Below, in pieces: positions 1-8,823 of a stretch of 64,000 bases of DNA. A program made the translations under genes and the position numbers. Under the pieces are notes generated by a model, which worked only from the letters and a program-made list of their open reading frames with translations, ran no database searches and was not told the DNA's origin. Source of the DNA: an uncultured Bacilli bacterium (GTDB lineage Bacteria; Bacillota_I; Bacilli_A; RF39; UBA660); assembly GCA_934091055.1 (NCBI GenBank), contig CAKOKN010000002.1:153-64152 (forward strand), in the 5' to 3' direction. Numbering within the stretch: the stretch's first letter is position 1; each line of letters starts with the position of its first letter.

Positions 1-446
1 ATCTTAGCAAGTCTAGCTTCAGTATAACGACTAGCAGCAGCACCATCACCATCAATAGAACCAAAATTACCATGTCCATCAACAAGTGTATGTCTATAAG
101 TAAAATCTTGAGCCATTCTTACCATAGATTCATAAATAGCAGAATCACCATGTGGATGATAATGACCCATAACAGCACCAACAGCATTAGCAGATTTCTG
201 ATATTTCTTATCAGGAGTCATACCCTCTTCATATAAAGTATATAAAATTCTTCTATGAACAGGTTTAAGACCATCTCTAACATCAGGAAGAGCTCTAGCA
301 ACAATAACACTCATCGAATAATCAAGAAAAGACTTCCTCATTTCACCAACAATATTAACAGCTACTTTTCTATCTCTTTCATGATTATTATCTTCTCCCA
401 TATCTTCTATATTTAAATTTTTATCTATATTCTTATCTTCCATCAT
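1..446 (-). CDS. gyrA: DNA gyrase subunit A, N-terminal ~148 codons (gene runs off the left edge)
   Basis: Absent from the ORF track because it is truncated. Reverse translation from ATG at 446 gives MMEDKNID...[42 protein letters not shown]...[19 protein letters not shown]...[20 protein letters not shown], the conserved GyrA N-terminus. GGAGG RBS at 451-455. Confidence 0.9.
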   Translation of the reverse strand, partial: MMEDKNIDKNLNIEDMGEDNNHERDRKVAVNIVGEMRKSFLDYSMSVIVARALPDVRDGLKPVHRRILYTLYEEGMTPDKKYQKSANAVGAVMGHYHPHGDSAIYESMVRMAQDFTYRHTLVDGHGNFGSIDGDGAAASRYTEARLAK

Positions 447-453
447 AAACCTC

Positions 454-2044
<1,591 letters not shown>

Positions 2045-2065
2045 TTCTTATCACCTTCCTGCATC

Positions 2066-2089
2066 AAATTATTTCCCGGGAAATAATTT
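2066..2089. repeat. 24-bp perfect palindrome AAATTATTTCCCGGGAAATAATTT, copy 1
   Basis: Read directly. It contains the recF stop codon (2069-2071) and ends 21 nt upstream of the gyrB ATG, just before the gyrB RBS (2051-2060). Same sequence at 14991-15014; a one-mismatch copy at 17680-17703. Confidence 0.95.
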
Positions 2090-3160
2090 TCCATTATCTA
2101 TTCTATAAACATTTGCTTTATTTCTAATATCATTATCAATATTCTCAATATCAGTAGTAGTTACAATTACCTGTAGACTACTATCCAAATATTTTAATAT
2201 GTTATTTCTTTTATTTAAATCTAATTCACTAAATATATCATCTAATAACAAAATTGGCATTTCACCAACAACGATTTTAAATAATATTACTTCAGACAAC
2301 TTAAGAGCTAAAACAGCACTTCTAATTTGACCATTACTCCCATATGATGATAAGTTTCTACCATTCAAAGAAAAATAAAAGTCATCTCTATTAGGACCAA
2401 GTAAAGTCATCTTATATTGTATATCTTTATTTAAGCTTTTTTCCAAACTATCTCTAAATGTAAAATCCGCAATATTCGTATTAGATACATATTCTAATTT
2501 TAACCCTTGTACTCCCGTAATAGAAAAAAATAAACTATCTAAATTCTTATTTATATCATCTATCATTCTTTTTCTATACTTACAAACTTTTATAGATAAA
2601 TCACTATATTTGTCATTAATAACATTTAAATATTCAATATCACTATCTTTTTGAATATTAATTATCTTTAAAAATTCATTTCTTTGACGAAGTACAGTAT
2701 TATATTCATTTAATAATTTTAAATAATTTTTATATATCTGGCTTATTTCTATATTAAAATACTTTCTTCTAGAACTTGGACCTTCTTTAAACATTCTAAT
2801 GTCATCAGTACTAAATACTATAACATTCATAATCGATATATAATCACTTAATTTTTTTATTTCTTTGCCATTTATTCTTACATTTTTACCATAACCACTA
2901 AAAGCTACCTGTAAATCATAGCTTTTATTGTTGCTCTCCAAAATTCCTGATATAACAGCAAAATTCTTATCAAATTTAATCATTTCTTTATCATTATTAG
3001 ATAAAAAAGATTTAGTAACAGCAAGTACATATATAGATTCTAAAATATTAGTTTTACCCTGAGCATTATTTCCTATTATAATATTTAAACTTTTATTAAA
3101 ATTCAATTCCAAATTATCATAATTACGATAATTAATTAACTTAATTTTTTTAATTTTCAT
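2069..3160 (-). CDS. recF: DNA replication and repair protein RecF
   Basis: 363 aa. N-terminal LINYRNY...IIGNNAQGKTNILESI Walker A, ABC/SMC-like signature, C-terminal LLLDDIFSELD Walker B. Sits in the conserved dnaN-recF-gyrB context. Confidence 0.92.
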   Translation of the reverse strand: MKIKKIKLINYRNYDNLELNFNKSLNIIIGNNAQGKTNILESIYVLAVTKSFLSNNDKEMIKFDKNFAVISGILESNNKSYDLQVAFSGYGKNVRINGKEIKKLSDYISIMNVIVFSTDDIRMFKEGPSSRRKYFNIEISQIYKNYLKLLNEYNTVLRQRNEFLKIINIQKDSDIEYLNVINDKYSDLSIKVCKYRKRMIDDINKNLDSLFFSITGVQGLKLEYVSNTNIADFTFRDSLEKSLNKDIQYKMTLLGPNRDDFYFSLNGRNLSSYGSNGQIRSAVLALKLSEVILFKIVVGEMPILLLDDIFSELDLNKRNNILKYLDSSLQVIVTTTDIENIDNDIRNKANVYRIDNGKLFPGK

Positions 3161-3244
3161 TTAACAGTCTTTCTTTTGCTCATAATTTAACCTTTCATAC
3201 ATATATGTACCCCTATACATATTTATATTATACCACAAATACAG

Positions 3245-3280
3245 GCAAAAAAAAAGAAAAAAGAGCAAGATTGCTCTATT
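3245..3280 (-). terminator. Intrinsic terminator downstream of the ComK-like gene
   Basis: Hairpin AGAGCAA-GA-TTGCTCT (3262-3277). The A-run 3247-3261 gives a U-run on the minus-strand transcript. Confidence 0.6.
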
Positions 3281-3286
3281 TTTTCA

Positions 3287-3748
3287 TTAATTTTTCATAA
3301 CTTTTTTAAACATATCCAAAAGATACTTTTCTATCTTTATACATTTAGTAATTTGACTATCAATAGTAGTATAAGAAGCACTAATATTTAACACTTTTCC
3401 ACTTTTAAAATATATTTTAGTAATATTATTATCTTCTTTCGTATATCTATCAACATTATTATAAGATATCCAAACACATTTTTCGGAATTAGGCGAAGCT
3501 GTTGGAAAAAATAATAAATTTTTATATTCTGAAATAATAATAGGAGTTTTAATATAATAATTAAATTTATCGATAACAAACTGTCGCTGCAAATTATATG
3601 AATGTCCATACCATAAACAACTTTTTTTAATGAATTTTAACCCCGTACCAACTATATTTATTTTTCTATCCTTTTCCATTACTAATAATTTCCCATCACT
3701 ATCAGAAGTAAAACATAGAATATCTTCATTGATAATATAATTCTTCAT
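3287..3748 (-). CDS. ComK-like competence transcription factor family protein
   Basis: 153 aa from the ATG preceded by AAAGGGGGA RBS (ORF track starts 6 codons earlier). The segment IKTPIIISEYKNLLFFPTASPNSEKCVWISYNNV parallels B. subtilis ComK ISHKPPIMVDPSNQIFLFPTLSSTRPQCGWISHVHV (from memory). Size and layout fit ComK. Confidence 0.6.
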   Translation of the reverse strand: MKNYIINEDILCFTSDSDGKLLVMEKDRKINIVGTGLKFIKKSCLWYGHSYNLQRQFVIDKFNYYIKTPIIISEYKNLLFFPTASPNSEKCVWISYNNVDRYTKEDNNITKIYFKSGKVLNISASYTTIDSQITKCIKIEKYLLDMFKKVMKN

Positions 3749-3892
3749 AAATCCCCCTTTCCACATATAAAATATGTACCTGCTATTAAAGCATAAACAT
3801 TTGTCGAAAATTGTAGAAATATGTCGAACTATCTCAAAAATTAAAATTTAATACCTAAAAACATCATTTTTAGCTATTTAAAATCAAATTTT

Positions 3893-3932
3893 AACAAAAA
3901 AAAAGAAATATTAACCTTATTGTAATATTTCT
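3893..3932 (-). terminator. Intrinsic terminator downstream of dnaN
   Basis: 10-bp stem AGAAATATTA (3904-3913) / TAATATTTCT (3923-3932). The A-run 3895-3904 gives a U-run on the minus transcript. Confidence 0.6.
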
Positions 3933-3955
3933 TTTATTACCTTAAAATATAATTA

Positions 3956-5071
3956 TTAACAAGTTTTAATTGGTAAAACTAATTGAATTAAAGAATCATC
4001 TTCCTTATTCTTAATAACAATAGGAGAACTATCATTATTCATACATAAAGTAACACTATCTTTATTAAAGCTTTTTATAGCGTCTAACATAAACTTAGAA
4101 CTAAATGCAATATCAATTTCCTTATCTGAATTAACAGAAATCTTCTCTTCAACTCTACCAATTTCTGGTGAATTTGACGAAATCATAAGTTCATTTTTAT
4201 TTAAAGATAACTTAATAGTATTCTTCTCTCTATCTGAAGTAAGAAGTGAAGCTCTATCTATCATATTAAACAAATCATTAAATGAGCACTCAAGTTCAAT
4301 ATTAAAATCTTTAGGAATAATATTAGAAGTAGTTGGATAAGTACCAGATAATAATCTTGATAAAAATACGATATTATCATACTTAAACAATACTTTATTA
4401 CTAAACAAGTGTAATTCTAAAGTAGAATTATCATCATCTAGCATTTTAGTAAGTTCTATTAGGTTCTTACCAGGAATGACAATATTAACATCATTTTCAA
4501 TATTATGGTCTATTTTAACAATTTTTCTTGCTAAACGATATGAATCTGTTGCTAGTACCTCTAAATCTTGATTATTAATTCTAAAGTTAATACCAGTAAG
4601 TAAAGGTCTAGTCTCACTTTGAGAAATAGCAAAAACTGTTTGATTAATAAAATCTTTAAAAATACCTGTATTAATTATTATAGGCTCTTTAGTAACATCT
4701 AAATCTAAATTAGGAAATTCATTTGGATTAATTCCATTTAGATTAAATTCTGTATTATCAGTGCTAATTATCATTTTGTAGCCATCAATTACTTCGATTG
4801 ATATATCAATATTTGGTAATTTTCTAACTATTTCAACAATATACTTACCTCCTATAACTATGCTACCTAATTCATTAATACTTGTTAGTTTCTCTTTTGG
4901 AATAAAAGACCTAATTGAAACATCAGTGTCACTAGCATATAAATATAAACCATCTTCTTTTAAATCAAATTTAATACCTGTAAGTATTGGAATTAAATTT
5001 TTTGTTGATATAGCTCTTGCTGTATTATTTAAACTTTCTAACAATATTTCTTTTTTTACAATAAATTTCAT
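3956..5071 (-). CDS. dnaN: DNA polymerase III beta sliding clamp
   Basis: 371 aa with three-domain clamp-like layout (MKF...LLESL...VxRAISTKNLIPILTGIKF; C-terminal PIVIK...LVLPI). Lies immediately downstream of dnaA. Confidence 0.92.
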   Translation of the reverse strand: MKFIVKKEILLESLNNTARAISTKNLIPILTGIKFDLKEDGLYLYASDTDVSIRSFIPKEKLTSINELGSIVIGGKYIVEIVRKLPNIDISIEVIDGYKMIISTDNTEFNLNGINPNEFPNLDLDVTKEPIIINTGIFKDFINQTVFAISQSETRPLLTGINFRINNQDLEVLATDSYRLARKIVKIDHNIENDVNIVIPGKNLIELTKMLDDDNSTLELHLFSNKVLFKYDNIVFLSRLLSGTYPTTSNIIPKDFNIELECSFNDLFNMIDRASLLTSDREKNTIKLSLNKNELMISSNSPEIGRVEEKISVNSDKEIDIAFSSKFMLDAIKSFNKDSVTLCMNNDSSPIVIKNKEDDSLIQLVLPIKTC

Positions 5072-5108
5072 TTTATCATCCTCTTTCTTTATATTATTAT
5101 TATTATAC

Positions 5109-5209
5109 TGTTGATATTGTTGATAACTTAGTTAAATCCTTATTCTATATGTGCTTTTTTATCCACAGGACTTGTTGATAACTCCGAAATTATCCACTAT
5201 TTTTCCACA
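5109..5209. promoter_or_regulatory. oriC part 1: DnaA-box cluster in the dnaA-dnaN spacer
   Basis: TGTTGATA 5109-5116, TGTTGATAA 5118-5126, TTATCCACA 5159-5167, TGTTGATAA 5172-5180, TTATCCACT 5190-5198, TTTTCCACA 5201-5209. These are consensus or one-mismatch DnaA boxes. Confidence 0.8.
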
Positions 5210-5216
5210 GACTTGT

Positions 5217-6581
5217 TTATATTCTATTTTTTAACTCACTAATAACTGTCTGAAGTTGGCTATTTGTCTTTAAATCTTTCTCAATTTTTTGATACGCACT
5301 AATAATTGTTGAGTGGTCTCTTCCTCCAAAATAGGTTCCCATCTTGGGAAATGATTCATTAGTCATTATTCTGCATAGATAAATAGCTATTTGTCTGGGA
5401 TAATTAACATCTTTACTTCTTTTTTTACCTTTTAAATCTTCAATATCAATTTTAAAATATTCACACACAATACGTTGTATTCTATGGACATCATTTTTAT
5501 AAACACTTCGTTCGCTAACTCTGTCTTTCAGGGCATCTATTGCAATGTCAAGTGTAACTTCTCCTTTATTCATCATTAATGCATAGGCAAATACCCTAGT
5601 TATTGCTCCTTCGAGCTGCCGTACATCCGAATCATTGATATTGGCAATGTATTCAATAACCTCTATTGGTAGATTTTCTGCGGCCTCCTGATGGGAAATT
5701 TTTTTCTTAATGATATCAACTCTTAAATTAAAGTCAGGTGGCGTTATATTAGCAGTTAGTCCCCAATTAAACCTAGTAATAAGCCTATTTTCCAGCATTT
5801 TTAAATCATCTACTGACCTATCTGAAGCAATAATTATTTGTTTGTTAGAATCGTGTAATTGATTAAAGGTGTGGAAAAACTCTTCTTGTCCCTTAGTCGC
5901 AGTACCTAAAAACTGAATATCATCAATAATTAAAACATCAATATTTCTATATTTATTTTTAAATGAATCAATTTTGTCGAAATTACTTTTATCATTATTT
6001 CTAACAGCATAAATATAATCATTAACAAATTGTTCACTAGATACGTAAAGTACCTTTTTATTTGAATTTTCCAATATATAATTACCAATAGAATGCATCA
6101 AGTGTGTCTTTCCCAGTCCACTCTTACCATATAAAAATAGTGGATTGTATGCTTTGCCAGGTTTTTCAGCGACAGCTCTAGCAGCTGTAAAAGCAAATCT
6201 ATTGGAATCACCAACTATAAAGTTATCAAAAGTATACTCGCTCTTTAAATTAGCAGATAAATTACTTTGGTATGGTACTCCAGAGCTTTCTATTTCTGTC
6301 TTAGGAGCCTCTTCTTCATTTTTATCCTCAGTAATTTCGCTCTCTAATTTAAACTGAAAAGTAAAATTAGTTCCAGTAATAGAATTAAATATTTCCTCTA
6401 TTTCTTCCTTATAGTTCTCTTCTAAATGTTTTTTATGAAGGGACATAGGCACCAATATAATAGCAGTGTTTTTATCTATATTATATAATTTTGTATCTTT
6501 AAACCAAGTGTCATAGGATAAAGGTGAAATTCGTTCTCTAATTTTTGTTAAAAATTCATTCCAAATCATATCTACGTTCAT
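5217..6581 (-). CDS. dnaA: Chromosomal replication initiator protein DnaA
   Basis: 454 aa. AAA+ Walker A LFLYGKSGLGKTHLMHSIGN, Walker B VLIIDDIQFL, sensor/box VII, C-terminal DNA-binding domain (RQIAIYLCR...FGGRDHSTIISAYQKI). Confidence 0.97.
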   Translation of the reverse strand: MNVDMIWNEFLTKIRERISPLSYDTWFKDTKLYNIDKNTAIILVPMSLHKKHLEENYKEEIEEIFNSITGTNFTFQFKLESEITEDKNEEEAPKTEIESSGVPYQSNLSANLKSEYTFDNFIVGDSNRFAFTAARAVAEKPGKAYNPLFLYGKSGLGKTHLMHSIGNYILENSNKKVLYVSSEQFVNDYIYAVRNNDKSNFDKIDSFKNKYRNIDVLIIDDIQFLGTATKGQEEFFHTFNQLHDSNKQIIIASDRSVDDLKMLENRLITRFNWGLTANITPPDFNLRVDIIKKKISHQEAAENLPIEVIEYIANINDSDVRQLEGAITRVFAYALMMNKGEVTLDIAIDALKDRVSERSVYKNDVHRIQRIVCEYFKIDIEDLKGKKRSKDVNYPRQIAIYLCRIMTNESFPKMGTYFGGRDHSTIISAYQKIEKDLKTNSQLQTVISELKNRI

Positions 6582-6677
6582 TTTTCACCCTCCTTGTCTA
6601 AAAGACTGTACTTTTATTATATCTCAAATTTAAATTTTGTCTAGTAATAAATTTATTTCAACAGCTAAATTAACAGG

Positions 6678-6809
6678 TTATCCACAAGTTTTCCACAATA
6701 TAATACCATATAAAATAAGAAATTGGAAGAGTTATCCACAATTTTTATTTTTTTATTATAAACAGGTGTTGATAAAAGTTTTCCACAGACCTGTTGATAA
6801 TGTGGATAA
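6678..6809. promoter_or_regulatory. oriC part 2: DnaA-box cluster upstream of dnaA with an AT-only stretch
   Basis: TTATCCACA 6678-6686, TTTTCCACA 6689-6697, TTATCCACA 6732-6740, AT-only run 6741-6762, TGTTGATAA 6767-6775, TTTTCCACA 6779-6787, TGTTGATAA 6792-6800, TGTGGATAA 6801-6809. Confidence 0.8.
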
Positions 6810-6810
6810 A

Positions 6811-6838
6811 TAAAAAAAGCCTTGATTTTCAAGACTTT
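6811..6838 (-). terminator. Intrinsic terminator of the HerA-like gene
   Basis: Stem AAAGCCTTGA (6816-6825) / TCAAGACTTT (6829-6838) with one G-U pair. The A-run 6812-6818 becomes a U-run on the minus transcript. Confidence 0.55.
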
Positions 6839-6844
6839 ACTAGA

Positions 6845-8602
6845 CTAACTTTTCCACTGTATCATCCACTTATCGAAAACATTAGCATTAGAGCTTTGTG
6901 GAGTAGGATTTGGAAGTTGCATTTTAACTATCATAGGTATTTTCATCATCTTACCAAATGCCACACAAGTACCTGATTGTAGTGATTTTTGTTTTTCTAT
7001 TACATCACTACTAATATTTGGTACCATTTTCTCAATATATTCTAAATCACTAGGATGGTTAATCTTAAATATTATAAAATTACTACACTGAGACAAAACA
7101 GTTTCTGACAATTCTGTAGGTCTTTGTGTAATTAAATCCATAACTACTCCAAATTTTCTACCCTCTTTAGCAATTCTTTCAAAGATATTATAACCAAGTA
7201 TATCTATATCACTATCTCTTTGAACATATCTATGAGCTTCTTCTAGCATAATATGTATAGGCATACCACCTCTAGTAGGAAGACTCTTTAAGAAATTAAA
7301 GAGAATTCTAGAATATATCTTAACTAAATTTTTAGCAAATCTATCATCAATATTTTCCAATACGAAATTAATAATCTGTGCTCTCTTATTAGTACCTACA
7401 AGAATTAAACTAGATATAAATTCATTTATAGTAACAAACTTATCATATTCAAAATATTTTCTCATTGAACTATTAGCAATAGTATGAAGTTTAACTTTCA
7501 AAGCAGTAGCCTCACTATAAGACTTTTCATTAAGCAATAAACCCTCAGATATCAATGTAAAGTTAAGAGCTACTTCCAAATCATCAATAGTAAAATATGT
7601 AGGAACATAATCTTCTTTCCAAACAGTTTCATTATCTATAAACTTATTTATATATTCGCTAACTAAAATTCTTTCAACAAATTGTCCTTGACTATCAATA
7701 TCAAAACATTTCCTAAAAGATCTAGTATAACCGACACCTGGAACTTCAACATCTAAATTTAATTCTTTAGTATGACAGTTTGTTAGTATTGAAAATATTT
7801 GATCTCTTATTCTAGCAGATACTTGGTTAGAATACATAACAGATACAATTGCAGAAGCTATTAAATGATTTTTATATTTATTAGATTCTTCATCATTCTT
7901 AGCAAATAAAGAAACATAAGCAAGCATCTTTTCTATTACCATTATTTGAGAATAATCAGTTACATTAAGTAAATTAGCGTAATCATCAGTAGACATCAAC
8001 CATAATGGTATTTTAAGTAAATTGTCATTTTGTTCAGTATTAGTAGTAAACATTTTATAGTTAAAATTAAAATTATAGTTATTAATTGATCTAAAGGCAT
8101 TATCATATTCGTCAGTATTGTTAAATATAAATATAATACTATTAAATGGAATATAATTAGGCATAGTAAATAAGTTTTGAACTATTCTAGCTACACCATA
8201 AGTTTTACCAGAACCAGTATTTCCAAATATAGCAGTATGATTACTCCACATATCATCAATGTTAATTTTTATTGGACTATTATTGTATAAAGGTGATAAA
8301 CCAAGAAGCATATTTGTAGGATTATTATAACCAGTAAGTTCTGCTAATTCATCAGCATTTATAATTCTTATATTAGATGAAATACTTGGCTTTCTAATTA
8401 TACCATCATAGTATTTCCCATTATTAAATTCACCAAGAAAATTAATTTTTACTTCATCGTTATTAATTTCTTCAATTTCTCCTAGTATTTTTTTATTTTG
8501 TTCTTCAAAAACAACATTTAAATTAAGCAAATCATCTTTAATAACATTATCAATTTTGACAATTGCATAATTTTTACTAATAACTACTATTTCTTTAAAC
8601 AT
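6845..8602 (-). CDS. HerA/FtsK-superfamily ATPase (DUF87-like), orphan
   Basis: 585 aa. N-terminal barrel-like region, Walker A AIFGNTGSGKTYGVARIV, Walker B-like MPIHIMLEEAHRYV, and LITQRPTELS typical of HerA/FtsK-type ATPases. Confidence 0.7.
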   Translation of the reverse strand: MFKEIVVISKNYAIVKIDNVIKDDLLNLNVVFEEQNKKILGEIEEINNDEVKINFLGEFNNGKYYDGIIRKPSISSNIRIINADELAELTGYNNPTNMLLGLSPLYNNSPIKINIDDMWSNHTAIFGNTGSGKTYGVARIVQNLFTMPNYIPFNSIIFIFNNTDEYDNAFRSINNYNFNFNYKMFTTNTEQNDNLLKIPLWLMSTDDYANLLNVTDYSQIMVIEKMLAYVSLFAKNDEESNKYKNHLIASAIVSVMYSNQVSARIRDQIFSILTNCHTKELNLDVEVPGVGYTRSFRKCFDIDSQGQFVERILVSEYINKFIDNETVWKEDYVPTYFTIDDLEVALNFTLISEGLLLNEKSYSEATALKVKLHTIANSSMRKYFEYDKFVTINEFISSLILVGTNKRAQIINFVLENIDDRFAKNLVKIYSRILFNFLKSLPTRGGMPIHIMLEEAHRYVQRDSDIDILGYNIFERIAKEGRKFGVVMDLITQRPTELSETVLSQCSNFIIFKINHPSDLEYIEKMVPNISSDVIEKQKSLQSGTCVAFGKMMKIPMIVKMQLPNPTPQSSNANVFDKWMIQWKS

Positions 8603-8690
8603 AACTAGCCTCTCCTTCTATCATAATTAAATTATACCAAATAAATAAAAAAAAAGAAATACTTTTCATTTATTTCATTTCGCATTTTAT

Positions 8691-8755
8691 TGCTCACTGT
8701 TTTTGAAGCCTTAAGGTCTTCAAAAATAATTACTAAGCCTGTAGTCTTAGTAATT
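8691..8755 (+). repeat. Modular stem-loop repeat, locus 1 (degenerate 5' module plus 2 hairpins)
   Basis: TTTTTGAAG-CCTTAAGGT-CTTCAAAAA (8700-8726) and AATTACTAAG-CCTGTAGT-CTTAGTAATT (8728-8755). Lies between divergent gene starts. Confidence 0.85.
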
Positions 8756-8823
8756 TACATTATGTTTAATATAAATCGTTCAAAATATTTACAAAAAACT
8801 AATATTATAGTATAATTTCAATA

